This document shows, piece after piece, positions 8,178-17,849 of a DNA stretch of 63,628 bases. The notes under the pieces are model-generated. The model was not told the DNA's origin, searched no databases, and saw only the letters and a list, made by a program, of their open reading frames with translations. Positions within the stretch are counted from its first letter, which is position 1. Every line of letters begins with the position of its first letter. The position numbers were made by a program, and so were the translations under genes. Source of the stretch: a virus (lineage: Duplodnaviria > Caudoviricetes); IMG/VR virus record IMGVR_UViG_3300048554_000002, positions 1-63,628 of that record; one strand, written 5' to 3'.

Positions 8178-11100
8178 TTATGGATTCCAAGTGACATTAA
8201 CTTTCATTTGACCAAATAGGCCATTTGAAGCGTTTGTGTTTGTAAATTGAACTTTTATTCCTTTTTGTGATCCGCTTGTGTAAGCAACAGGAATACCAAT
8301 GTTATCCGGGTCTGTGTTATACACAGTGTATCTATCCAATGCTGAAGAACCACCGTTGAAATACCCAGAGAAAATATATTTAGCCGACCCTCTATCTGGT
8401 CCAGTGTTGATATAAAACCAAACATCCACCTCGGCGTGAAAACGCAGCTTGCCTTGAATACCTAGCTTTAACTGCAACTCACAAAAGGCTTCTCCAGTAT
8501 TCCCTGAACCAGCAGTAACGTCTTTATGGGCCATAATCAGAGCGTTGGCTAGTGAACCAGATGAACCAGTTTGCACAACTGTACCTGTCGCCGTTCCGAA
8601 ATTTGATTGCGTTCCAACAGAAACTAACCCTGTATTAGTAATCCGCATACGCTCGGATGCAGTATCTGCTCCGTCTGAAGTTGTATAAAACTCCAAACGC
8701 CCCGGCATATCATCCCCGCTGGGAGAACCGTCAACTCTTGCTTGAATATTCGCACCTTCAGCGCCTTGGTCAGTCCCGTCATCACCATAGAACGCAACCC
8801 GGCCAAGATAATCATTATTATAAACTACTGATGAGCCGCCCTTGGATGTGGCTCTCGATTTAACAAACATGCGGTACGGGCCGTAAGCACTACCCGAAAA
8901 CCGAGCTATTGTACTGTTCGCATCGTTTGACCCTGTACCAACAACCTGAACTGCCGCTTGATCTGTAGCCATATTAATAGATGACGTATGGCCAATCAAA
9001 ACCCGCCCCGCACTATCAATCCGCATACGCTCATAAGCATAAGGCGCACCTTCACCGTTACCACCTGTCCAGAAGGTCAAAGCCCCTTTGCTGTTGGCGG
9101 TGGTTTGTACCATGTTAATACCAGCGTATGAGTTGCTGGACGTTCCACCAAAAAAGTTTATTCCTGCGTAGCTGAACTGAGTATTGCTAGAGTTTCTAAC
9201 ATCAATGCCGGGTTTGTTTAATGCGCTCCAAAGGTCTGCCGCACCGATTGCAGTGTTGTCTTGCGATCTTATTTGCAAATTTGGATTGGAGTAGACAACC
9301 ATGTTGTCGCCAATATTTACCTGACCACCTGACGAAATCCGCATACGCTCGGTTGGGGTAGCTGCGCCGTCAGCGGTTGTGCGGAACACAATACGCCCCG
9401 GCATGTCGTTAACACCCGGCGTCCCGTCAATTTCTACATCCCAGCGTGCAGCGGTGGAAGATAAGTCGGTGCCATCGGCTGCGGTGAACAAAAACGAAGC
9501 AACTTGATCGTCATCAGATACAATACCGTAAGTCCCTGCGGATGCTCCGCGTGATTTTGTCATCCAAAAGCTAGGTCCAGCGGAGCTTGAAATAAATCGG
9601 CTAATGGAAAGAGCGGAGTTTCGGTAGTCTGACTCCCCAACGACTTGCAGGCGCATCGCTGCGTAACTTGCATCGCTGTTTTCGTGACCCAAAATAACCC
9701 GTTGCGACGAGTTAATCCGCATGGCCTCGACCATCGAGCCGCCGCTGTCTTTAGTTTGAAAAGCGATTTGGCCTTCGTAGATGTTAGCCCCCGTGTAACC
9801 CTGAATATTGGCTACTTCATAGCCCGAAGAGTTGGTGTTGCGCCAAGCAATTCGACGCATTGTAGAATTACCGCCGCTCGAACTTTGGAGGTCAATGTTT
9901 CCACCTACGGATACCTCTTGGGTCGGAGATTGAGAGCCTAATCCGATTAGACCAGAAGACGTAATCCGCATACGCTCGGTTGAGGAAGATGCACCGTCTG
10001 CGGTTGTCCAGAAAGTTAAACGACCCGGCATGTCGTTAGCGCCGGGAGTGCCGTCAACCTGTGCCGCAATCATTGCTCCTGACGTATTTGTATCTAACCC
10101 ATCAGCACCAGCGAATTGTAAACTGCCGAAATAGTCATCGTCTTGAACTATGGCACTAGAGCCGACTGTTGTACCTCTGGTTTTAGCGAAAAAAGCAACG
10201 GGACCAGCAACACTGTCAGCGTTCATTGTTATTTGAGATGCTGACTTTCCTGCCGTGCTTTCAATCTGTAGTAGTGAACTGCCGCCATTGTTTACAATGC
10301 CTCGAATAGCATCCGTACCTATTAGCAAGCGTCTTCCTGTATCAATAAGCATCGCAAAGTTATCACGCGCAGTATGGAAGCGTAGGTCCATATTTGCACC
10401 AGACGCAGCCCGTGTACCAATGATACGAGAACCAATAGCGGAGTTATCGCCACTAACAACAAAATCAATTGATGCGCCTTCACTGCTATCGGTTGAAGAA
10501 ACATTTGCTTGCAGTTTAATTAATGGGATGATCGCGCCTGTGCTTGCTGAATAAATGTGCAAAGGTGTGTCTGCATCCCGCGCACCACCGATACCCACGA
10601 AGCCACCATTCGTAATCCGCATACGCTCGGTTGCAGAGGATGCGCCATCGGCAGTAGTGTGGAACTCAAGACGTCCGGGCATATCATTCGCACCCGGAGT
10701 TCCGTCAACATCTGCAATAATTAAAGCCGCTTGCGTTTGTAGATCAGTGCCATCGTCCGCTGCAAATCGTATTGCACCAATATTATCGTTGTCTTGAACG
10801 ACTGTGCCGGGTGTACCAACTGTAGCTGATCTTGAAGAGCCAAACGCGATAGTTGCGCCACCCGCGTTGTTCCCGTAGGCATCAAAAACTGTGTTCAAAA
10901 TGGTTTTGTTTTGGGAAACTTGTAATTTTGCTGACGCGCTAGACCCTACAGGCGTAGCAGATGTTTTTCCAATCAAAACCCGCTGCGCCGAGTCGATGAT
11001 CATAGCCGTGCCAGACCCACCTGTGCGGAAAGACATATCATCGTTGTCAAAGTCGTAGGCCATAAACCCACGATTGCTTCCTGCGGTAGTACGGAAGGTA

Positions 11101-12440
11101 ACTTCTGAAGTTCCAGTATTCGTGTCGTTAGTTAAATGAATTTTTGCGGGGTCATCTTTTATTGTCAAAGTGCCTGACGGACTTGTTGTCCCCACGCCCA
11201 CCCGATCATTCGCGCTATCGACGTACAGCGTGTCGGTGTCTACGGTTAAGTCGCCAGCAATCGTAACATCATCAGGCAAACCAACGGTGAGCGTCTGACC
11301 AGAGGCAGATGTCTCAATCTCGTTAGTCGTACCCGCAATCGTAAAGGTCTGACTATCCAGATCAACGGCACCCGTGCCGCTATCACCGCCAAAGTCCAAA
11401 TCTTGCGCGGTTACTTGGCTATCCACATACGCCTTGATCGACTGTTGTGTGGCCAGACCCGCAGGATCGTCGGAGGACATGTTGTCCTCATCCAAGATCG
11501 AAGTGACCGTAACTGTGCCCGCGATATTAAGGCTTGTGTTGGCTGTCGCTGTAGTAACCGTAGCCGCTGCAGGGGTCGCCCCACCAATAACTACGCCATC
11601 CGCTGTGCCGCCATTAATGTCGGCTGTTGTAAGAACTGCAGACGCTACTGTGACTACACCTGTACTATCCGCAATAGAACCTGCCGCTGTGCCATCGTTC
11701 GCTTTGATGTTTGTTACTTCTAAGTTCGTTGCGTTGACGCCATCATCCTTGAGTAACACGCTGTCAATCGTAACACCGGAGCCTGCTGTAGTCTCGTCGA
11801 TGGTGTTTGTAGTAATCTTCTGGCCATTATCGACGATGATGTCGTTGGCACCGGACGTATTACCGTTAGCAAGAACCTCGGATAACTCATTATTAGCGCC
11901 CACCTGCGCATCCACATAGGCTTTAATTGACTGCTGTGTAGCCAAAGATGTAGCACTGTCAGAGGCCATATTATCCTCGTCAAGGACCGCTGTAACTGTT
12001 GTGCTAGTACCCAACTGCAGAGATGTGGTATGTGTGAGCGCCTCAACGACATTTGTGCCATCACAGAACAAAAACGTAGTGCGTCCATCAGGGACAAGGA
12101 TGCCCGTGCCACCAGAAGTTTTTACTGTAATGTTCTGCCCAGCCGCGTTTTTCACGATATAGATTTTAGACGCCGTAGGACATACAACTGTACCTGCGCC
12201 AGACAACGCTGTACCCGTATCGGTAAGCTCCAACATAGCACAACGTGATTCTGAAGTTGTACCGTTGGCGCTAGTGAGTGTGTGTGCGTTTGTGGTCCAC
12301 GTATCAATAACCGCACGTCCCGCGATAGCCTGTTCAACCATCGACGTGATATTGTCGTTAACCACGTCACCCCATGTGCCGCTAAGTTCACCCTGAACTG
12401 GCAGAGCAAGTTTAAGTATCGGTGAGTATTGCGTTGTCAT
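8178..12440 (-). CDS. Long tail fibre / receptor-binding protein
   Basis: 1420 aa, G/T/S/A-rich. Repeats LATQQSIKAYVD (x2), DG.PG..DMPGR..F.TT.DGA....ERMRI (x4) and VGVGT/VLIG beta-motifs. Confidence 0.88.
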   Translation of the reverse strand: MTTQYSPILKLALPVQGELSGTWGDVVNDNITSMVEQAIAGRAVIDTWTTNAHTLTSANGTTSESRCAMLELTDTGTALSGAGTVVCPTASKIYIVKNAAGQNITVKTSGGTGILVPDGRTTFLFCDGTNVVEALTHTTSLQLGTSTTVTAVLDEDNMASDSATSLATQQSIKAYVDAQVGANNELSEVLANGNTSGANDIIVDNGQKITTNTIDETTAGSGVTIDSVLLKDDGVNATNLEVTNIKANDGTAAGSIADSTGVVTVASAVLTTADINGGTADGVVIGGATPAAATVTTATANTSLNIAGTVTVTSILDEDNMSSDDPAGLATQQSIKAYVDSQVTAQDLDFGGDSGTGAVDLDSQTFTIAGTTNEIETSASGQTLTVGLPDDVTIAGDLTVDTDTLYVDSANDRVGVGTTSPSGTLTIKDDPAKIHLTNDTNTGTSEVTFRTTAGSNRGFMAYDFDNDDMSFRTGGSGTAMIIDSAQRVLIGKTSATPVGSSASAKLQVSQNKTILNTVFDAYGNNAGGATIAFGSSRSATVGTPGTVVQDNDNIGAIRFAADDGTDLQTQAALIIADVDGTPGANDMPGRLEFHTTADGASSATERMRITNGGFVGIGGARDADTPLHIYSASTGAIIPLIKLQANVSSTDSSEGASIDFVVSGDNSAIGSRIIGTRAASGANMDLRFHTARDNFAMLIDTGRRLLIGTDAIRGIVNNGGSSLLQIESTAGKSASQITMNADSVAGPVAFFAKTRGTTVGSSAIVQDDDYFGSLQFAGADGLDTNTSGAMIAAQVDGTPGANDMPGRLTFWTTADGASSSTERMRITSSGLIGLGSQSPTQEVSVGGNIDLQSSSGGNSTMRRIAWRNTNSSGYEVANIQGYTGANIYEGQIAFQTKDSGGSMVEAMRINSSQRVILGHENSDASYAAMRLQVVGESDYRNSALSISRFISSSAGPSFWMTKSRGASAGTYGIVSDDDQVASFLFTAADGTDLSSTAARWDVEIDGTPGVNDMPGRIVFRTTADGAATPTERMRISSGGQVNIGDNMVVYSNPNLQIRSQDNTAIGAADLWSALNKPGIDVRNSSNTQFSYAGINFFGGTSSNSYAGINMVQTTANSKGALTFWTGGNGEGAPYAYERMRIDSAGRVLIGHTSSINMATDQAAVQVVGTGSNDANSTIARFSGSAYGPYRMFVKSRATSKGGSSVVYNNDYLGRVAFYGDDGTDQGAEGANIQARVDGSPSGDDMPGRLEFYTTSDGADTASERMRITNTGLVSVGTQSNFGTATGTVVQTGSSGSLANALIMAHKDVTAGSGNTGEAFCELQLKLGIQGKLRFHAEVDVWFYINTGPDRGSAKYIFSGYFNGGSSALDRYTVYNTDPDNIGIPVAYTSGSQKGIKVQFTNTNASNGLFGQMKVNVTWNP

Positions 12441-12450
12441 GTTTCAGTCC

Positions 12451-13425
12451 TCATGCGGCTATGTCTTGCCAGTTTGGAGTTTGTGTTTCAGATACGGTCC
12501 CCCACGAAGGAGATTGCGTACTGGCGATAGGTGTCCAATTAGGTGTTTGGTTGTCATCGACCTCGCCCCATACGTTGGCGAAACCAATAATTCCCGTAGC
12601 TGCAAGCCCTGTAACAGATATATCTGCGTTAGCTGATACGACTACAGTACCAAGTTCTGCGTTCCCTTGCAATCCCGTAACTGAAACTACAATTCCAAGC
12701 GCGATAAATACGTCACCTATTTCACCGTCAGCTTCCACGCCTGTGGGTGACACGTTAGCTGTACCAGTCATGGTAACAGTGCCTATAGCACCATCGGCTT
12801 CTACGCCCGTAACGGGAATATTAGCCTCGGCGTCTACAGTAGCATCGCCAATCTCACCGCCAGCCTCTACGCCTGTTGGGAAGATGTTAGCCGCCGCAGT
12901 AGCAGTAACTGTCCCTAATACGCCGTCAGCTTCTATACCTGTAACAGCTACATTAGCTTCAGCATCTACTGTGGCTGTACCGATTCCACCATCGGCTTCT
13001 ACACCTGTAACAGCTACATTAGCTTCAGCGTCAATCGTGACTGTACCGATTTCACCATCTGCTTCTACACCCGTAGCAAAGACAGTCATATCTACAGCGA
13101 CAAATACTGCCCCTATAGCACCATCGGCTTCTACTCCGGTTACTGGTATCTCTGCAGCGGCGCTAACCGTTACTGTGCCTATTGAGCCTACTGCGCGAAC
13201 AGCTTGAACAAGTACATCCGCCTCGGCGTCAATACCTACAACATTTACGTGTCCATCTGCTTCAACACCTGTGACAGCAACAACTGCCTCTGCGTCAACA
13301 GTGACAGACCCAATAGCGCCTTCCGCGGCTACGCCATCAACGTAGACAATAGTTAGGTCGGTGCCCCAAGCCGTTTGGCCCCAAGCACCTGAACCCCAAC
13401 CTACGTATTCTACAGAAGACGGCAT
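12451..13425 (-). CDS. Virion structural protein with ~12 tandem 22-aa repeats
   Basis: Repeat consensus TGVEADGxIGTVTVDAEANVAV, with Trp-rich termini. Confidence 0.8.
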   Translation of the reverse strand: MPSSVEYVGWGSGAWGQTAWGTDLTIVYVDGVAAEGAIGSVTVDAEAVVAVTGVEADGHVNVVGIDAEADVLVQAVRAVGSIGTVTVSAAAEIPVTGVEADGAIGAVFVAVDMTVFATGVEADGEIGTVTIDAEANVAVTGVEADGGIGTATVDAEANVAVTGIEADGVLGTVTATAAANIFPTGVEAGGEIGDATVDAEANIPVTGVEADGAIGTVTMTGTANVSPTGVEADGEIGDVFIALGIVVSVTGLQGNAELGTVVVSANADISVTGLAATGIIGFANVWGEVDDNQTPNWTPIASTQSPSWGTVSETQTPNWQDIAA

Positions 13426-13434
13426 CTAGCCACC

Positions 13435-13872
13435 TTACGGAGTAGCGATACGTACAATAGCGTTTGTAGCGTCCGCTGTGGGGAACTGAACCTGAAAGTC
13501 ACCCGCTGTAGAAGTTTTATCTGCGCCGAAATCAAGTACAGCAACCGCTGGATTACTGCCACCAACTTTGTAGATTAGTGCGCCCCGAGCTGTAATTGTA
13601 GCGTCGGTCCATGTTGTGTCCGCAAAATCTAAGAACGCTGTAGTGCCTGACGAGGCGGGATTAGCTGAGATGGTAAGCGTATTACCCCCTGCAGTGTATC
13701 CTGTACCTGATACTTCATTCGTCGTTGCATACGCTGTTGTAGCCGCGCCTAACGTAGCTGAACTTGTATACAAAGCGATCTTAAAAACCTGTGATGTATC
13801 ACTGCTAAAATCCATCTCGCCGTCTAATAGAGCGACTTTGAAAGATGTGCACATTGCTTGTGTAATTGCCAT
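13435..13872 (-). CDS. Virion structural protein
   Basis: 145 aa with FKIALYTSSATL...EVSGTGYTAGG motif and RBS AGGAG. Confidence 0.7.
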   Translation of the reverse strand: MAITQAMCTSFKVALLDGEMDFSSDTSQVFKIALYTSSATLGAATTAYATTNEVSGTGYTAGGNTLTISANPASSGTTAFLDFADTTWTDATITARGALIYKVGGSNPAVAVLDFGADKTSTAGDFQVQFPTADATNAIVRIATP

Positions 13873-13882
13873 TTCTGTCTCC

Positions 13883-14512
13883 TTAACTTACTGGCACTCG
13901 GAACTGCCCCGAGCGATATGCGTCTTCACGTAGTTTGCCGTCACCCAAAGTTTTAAGCAACGCAATAGATTGCAAATACATCTTCTCGTACATTGCAACA
14001 ATATCTGGCTCACCCTTCATAAATCGTATCGCTTCGATAAGCGCACCGTTAAGTAGAGCAGAATCAAACTCGTCCCCAAGCCATGTATTGTTAGCCACAA
14101 CGATGGATTGAGGATAATATCCATAATGTAGCTCCATGGCATATGAACTGTCTGGGGTAGGTCCGAGGATAATTGTGTCGTCGTCAAAGTAAGCATAGTG
14201 TTTTGGTAACCCCTCTGATGTTGGATTAGGGTACGCTTCTCGCATAAAGTTTACGTCTTTGTTAAGGAGGTAATGATACACACCACTACCATCTACCACC
14301 GCAAGGCTGTAGCTGTACAAAAAGTCACTTGGGGAAGACAAGTAGTTATTACTTGCTGTCACTGTACCTGTAACATTCTTACGCAGCGCAGGTATCTGCA
14401 CTGTGTTGTATATCTTCTGTTCAGCCTGCTGTGTGAACATAGCGAGCTGGTCATCTGTAAACGAGTTTTCACAAATGTCTTCGATGTTGGTTTTCAGCTC
14501 GGTATAGTTCAT
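13883..14512 (-). CDS. Head-tail adaptor / tail tubular-A-like protein
   Basis: 209 aa with MNYTELKTNI and G.PK.YA...LGPTPD motifs. Confidence 0.7.
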   Translation of the reverse strand: MNYTELKTNIEDICENSFTDDQLAMFTQQAEQKIYNTVQIPALRKNVTGTVTASNNYLSSPSDFLYSYSLAVVDGSGVYHYLLNKDVNFMREAYPNPTSEGLPKHYAYFDDDTIILGPTPDSSYAMELHYGYYPQSIVVANNTWLGDEFDSALLNGALIEAIRFMKGEPDIVAMYEKMYLQSIALLKTLGDGKLREDAYRSGQFRVPVS

Positions 14513-14515
14513 AGC

Positions 14516-14695
14516 TTATGCCATTGGCCCCCGTGCATACAAACCTTTGGTCGCTGCGCCTGTGCCGCGTACCTTGATTTTACCACCCTTTTTGTAAGCC
14601 GTTTGCATAGGCTGGCCTGTCTTTTTTGCTTCCTTTGCGGCGGCTTTCTTACCTGCTGCATCGTATCCGAACATCTTATTTCCAACTTTGGGCAT
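14516..14695 (-). CDS. Small basic protein (59 aa, not in ORF track)
   Basis: MPKVGNKMFG...AYKKGGKIKVRGTGAATKGLYARGPMA, RBS GGAGG, fills the gap exactly. Confidence 0.75.
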   Translation of the reverse strand: MPKVGNKMFGYDAAGKKAAAKEAKKTGQPMQTAYKKGGKIKVRGTGAATKGLYARGPMA

Positions 14696-14705
14696 AGCGC
14701 ACCTC

Positions 14706-15071
14706 CTATGTTATACTTACGGTAACTTGGCCAACCTGACCAGCACCTACTAAATTGTTAGGGGTAAGCCCAAACGGATCATCCCCTCCACCTACAGGGT
14801 TCCAACCCCACTGAATACCACGGCTACTTGTATCCCCAGACGGCCCTAAACTCTGATCGGGACGTGGATTGCGTATAGCCTGCGGGTCATCAACAGGAAA
14901 CTCACCCAACTTCAACTGTGGGTGGTCTGGACTCCAACACTCAGGACAAGCCTTTATATTCGTATCTCGACCTTTCACAAATAGGTTCTTTAGCTCCCGT
15001 AGCTTGTACTGGAACCCGCATACATCGCAGAGCGCTAACGCTTTCTTTGCTGATGCAAACCTAGTCGTCAT
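14706..15071 (-). CDS. Zn-ribbon-containing structural-module protein
   Basis: 121 aa with CDVCG...CPEC and HPQL...DPQA motifs. Confidence 0.7.
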   Translation of the reverse strand: MTTRFASAKKALALCDVCGFQYKLRELKNLFVKGRDTNIKACPECWSPDHPQLKLGEFPVDDPQAIRNPRPDQSLGPSGDTSSRGIQWGWNPVGGGDDPFGLTPNNLVGAGQVGQVTVSIT

Positions 15072-15760
15072 TAGGCAATCCTACCTATTCTAGGCACAAA
15101 TCGTGCCGCTGTTTTCTCTCGGTCCTCGCCCGCAGCCATTTCGAACTGCTCGTCGTACACAGCTTTTAACATTGGTATACGTTCAGCCAGTTCAGGAACC
15201 TTCATAGCAATGTGGTAAGCTAACCCCGCAACAAGACATGGGAAGAAACGGAAGTTCATATCTGCTGTCTGTACCCCAGACCCAGCATCCTGAATACGAC
15301 GCATACGCCAGTAGTATAGCACGTAATTGTTGTTATCAGGCACAGGCCACACATTTACCTTCGGTGCATCGCGTAAACGTTCGACATAGAGCTGTATGGG
15401 ACGCCCTTGTGTTAACTTGTTAGGTATAGACGCGTACGTACTTACACTAATCCTGCTTATAGTAAGATCAGATTGTGTCGAGGTGTTACCACTATTAGTA
15501 CGTATTTGGTGTTCAAGCAAATCAATAGTATCTGCTGGTAGTGTGTACTGTGTGGTGCCCTGCACTAGGTTTATCGTACCAGAATCAATAGTCCACATAT
15601 TGATGCCACGGTTTTGCCACTCAATCGTCATCAAATTCATGGATCGTCTGGCAGTGCGTAAGTCGTAGCCAGAACGCATCTCGCGGCCCGCACGTTCCCA
15701 TGCTTCCTCCGCTATCTCGGTGAAGTCCATATCGAACGCTGTGGTGCCTGATGTCGTCAT
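15071..15760 (-). CDS. Head completion / adaptor protein
   Basis: 229 aa with ARRSMNL..EWQNRG, VWPVPD and LVAGLAY motifs. Confidence 0.7.
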   Translation of the reverse strand: MTTSGTTAFDMDFTEIAEEAWERAGREMRSGYDLRTARRSMNLMTIEWQNRGINMWTIDSGTINLVQGTTQYTLPADTIDLLEHQIRTNSGNTSTQSDLTISRISVSTYASIPNKLTQGRPIQLYVERLRDAPKVNVWPVPDNNNYVLYYWRMRRIQDAGSGVQTADMNFRFFPCLVAGLAYHIAMKVPELAERIPMLKAVYDEQFEMAAGEDREKTAARFVPRIGRIA

Positions 15761-16035
15761 TTCTTACGCCTCTTTAGCGGAGATACCCGTCTGGGCTTAC
15801 CCGCTGGTTGTCCTAAACGCTTCTTCTGCGCTATACGCTTGCTTTTCTCAGCCTTCGTCATTTCCCCGCTAGTTTTTGGAGTTTTGCTAGAAACTCGTTT
15901 AGATGGTCTACAGTACGGTGTACCTCGGCTTTCACCTTTTTTACGACCACACGGCTTACCCGTCTTAACATCTTTCCAGTCCTCCTTGAACCAGCGTTTA
16001 AGTGCAGCACCTTTTGCGGTTTTGCGAACAGCCAT
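15757..16035 (-). CDS. Small highly basic protein
   Basis: 92 aa, K/R-rich, with LKRWFKEDW...CGR...PYCRP. Confidence 0.75.
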   Translation of the reverse strand: MAVRKTAKGAALKRWFKEDWKDVKTGKPCGRKKGESRGTPYCRPSKRVSSKTPKTSGEMTKAEKSKRIAQKKRLGQPAGKPRRVSPLKRRKK

Positions 16036-16214
16036 TACTTGCCCGCCTTCTTCTTTCTACATTTTGCGATGGCCCCACTCGCATACGCGCTTGGGAACAC
16101 CTTGTACGAAGCCTTTACTTTGTGGTAACACGCATCCTTGACGGTGCCGCCCTTCTTGTAACCTTTGCTACATTTAGAACAGCCACAGCTACCGGATTTG
16201 TAATACCTACGCAT
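16035..16214 (-). CDS. Small basic Cys-rich protein (59 aa, not in ORF track)
   Basis: MRRYYKSGSCGCSKCSKGYKKGGTVKDACYHKVKASYKVFPSAYASGAIAKCRKKKAGK. Overlaps both neighbours by 1 nt (TGATG, TAATG). Confidence 0.75.
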   Translation of the reverse strand: MRRYYKSGSCGCSKCSKGYKKGGTVKDACYHKVKASYKVFPSAYASGAIAKCRKKKAGK

Positions 16215-16819
16215 CAGCGCATCTTACAGACTTTACCGCCACGGGCCATGCCGTAGCCGCGGATTTTACCACCAGACTTCATCTTCTTGACCTTACCGCC
16301 AGCCATCATACCGCCTGTAAGACGCTTAAAATCCTCTGGGCTATAGTTTTCTTTTGGGTCGATCCCACGCGTACTACCACTCGGCATACCACCAATAGTC
16401 TCAGGTCGTAGTTTAGGACGAGGACTTGTAGCATTCGGACGTTTCATAGGGCGGGGGGAAGTCATAGGTGCAGCAGAACGCTTCTTCGTAGGGCGCTTTT
16501 TAGGACGCTTTTTACCGAGTTCATCCATATCTACACTCATTCCAGCTTGATACTTTTTCACTTTACCACCTTTCTTAAATACGCCGCGTCCTTTTAGGAC
16601 ATCAGCTTGTGTTACTTTACCGTCACCTGTCAGGTCAGGCATACCACCTTTTTTATAACCTTTTGCGGGTTTCTTCATAAATTTTTTCGCAACCTCTTTT
16701 GATACACCCATATCTGGGTCGTTGTACGCCATCGCCATATACCGGCGTTGTTTCTCAGACTTAGCAGGCATCCTGTCCCCCGTTAGCTGTGTGCGCATTT
16801 GGGTACGAGAAATAGCCAT
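16214..16819 (-). CDS. Basic low-complexity protein with repeated xxGGKV motifs
   Basis: 201 aa, K-rich, containing DLTGDGKVTQAD (EF-hand-like). True start may be at MPAKSEKQRR. Confidence 0.7.
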   Translation of the reverse strand: MAISRTQMRTQLTGDRMPAKSEKQRRYMAMAYNDPDMGVSKEVAKKFMKKPAKGYKKGGMPDLTGDGKVTQADVLKGRGVFKKGGKVKKYQAGMSVDMDELGKKRPKKRPTKKRSAAPMTSPRPMKRPNATSPRPKLRPETIGGMPSGSTRGIDPKENYSPEDFKRLTGGMMAGGKVKKMKSGGKIRGYGMARGGKVCKMR

Positions 16820-17128
16820 CTAACAGTTCCATTTCCGCAAACTCTTGTTAATGCGACTATCAGGATCGTTTGCCGTTTTTGCGCTCGTATTACGTTTTTT
16901 CATGCCCTTCATGCGTGCGCAGAAAGACTTCCGCCGATTAGCGGCCTTAGAACCTTTTTTGAGCTTGCTGGGCTTTGTGGTAACAGCAGTCTTTAACTTA
17001 CTACCGGGATTGGCTTTCCGATAACTAGCGACACCCTTGGCGTTCAAGCCGCCAGACTCGCTTTTACCTTCTTTGCGCTGCCAAGCGGGAGACTTTACTC
17101 CCCCACCTTTTTTATAATATGCCCGCAT
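16820..17128 (-). CDS. Small basic protein
   Basis: 102 aa with GGLNAKG...RRKSFCARM...SLRKWNC and RBS GGAGG. Confidence 0.75.
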   Translation of the reverse strand: MRAYYKKGGGVKSPAWQRKEGKSESGGLNAKGVASYRKANPGSKLKTAVTTKPSKLKKGSKAANRRKSFCARMKGMKKRNTSAKTANDPDSRINKSLRKWNC

Positions 17129-17137
17129 AGCACCCTC

Positions 17138-17410
17138 CTAGCTATAGAAGAAGGTCATGGCGGTTATATTAGTAGCCGCGGATACATAAACGTCTGAACT
17201 ACAGCGAATACCATCATCAGGAATGTTAATTGAGTGAGAGTCGGACGCTAGAAAATCAATATCCAGCACTGTAGTGCCTCCGTTACCGTTGGTAACTGTA
17301 AGACGCCCCGCACCTGCACCTGTTAAAACTTGTACCTGACGAACTCGCGCTGGGCCTACACCTAACGATCCTGCGCCTGTTACACGTTTGGTTAATACAT
17401 CAGAAGACAT
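17138..17410 (-). CDS. Small beta-rich virion protein
   Basis: 90 aa in the capsid operon. Confidence 0.65.
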   Translation of the reverse strand: MSSDVLTKRVTGAGSLGVGPARVRQVQVLTGAGAGRLTVTNGNGGTTVLDIDFLASDSHSINIPDDGIRCSSDVYVSAATNITAMTFFYS

Positions 17411-17413
17411 ATG

Positions 17414-17605
17414 TTAGTCCTTCTTCTTTTTAGGACGACCACGCTTCTTGGTAGCAGGTTTATCTTCCCATGCCTCATTTACATCAGGCGTAGAAGGATC
17501 GTCTGCTTTAAGCGTACCATCTGTGTTACGGGCACGGACTTTAGATGTCCCCAAACCACGAGCTGCTAGTTCTTCTTCGCTAGGCGGTTGAAACCGATCA
17601 CTCAT
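17414..17605 (-). CDS. Small protein with AT-hook-like tail
   Basis: 63 aa with DDPSTPDVNEA and C-terminal KKRGRPKKKK. Confidence 0.7.
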   Translation of the reverse strand: MSDRFQPPSEEELAARGLGTSKVRARNTDGTLKADDPSTPDVNEAWEDKPATKKRGRPKKKKD

Positions 17606-17616
17606 GCTTCACCCCC

Positions 17617-17841
17617 TTACGCTGCTGCGATTGTGGCACCTGTGTCAGAACGCTTCCAGTTTGTTCCGTCAGAGAAAGCCAAGATAGCGGAACCAGCCGC
17701 ACCGTTTGAAACGAACACAACTGTACCTGCACCTGCAGAAGAAGCTGATGGAGCGTTAGCTACGGTATAAGTTGGAACTTTAATATCACCAACAAAGCCG
17801 TTGGTAGAGGTCACTGGACCTGAAAAGGTAGTATTCGCCAT
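17617..17841 (-). CDS. Capsid decoration / fibre-like small protein
   Basis: 74 aa starting MANTTFSGPV, RBS GAGGA. Confidence 0.7.
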   Translation of the reverse strand: MANTTFSGPVTSTNGFVGDIKVPTYTVANAPSASSAGAGTVVFVSNGAAGSAILAFSDGTNWKRSDTGATIAAA

Positions 17842-17849
17842 GAATATGT

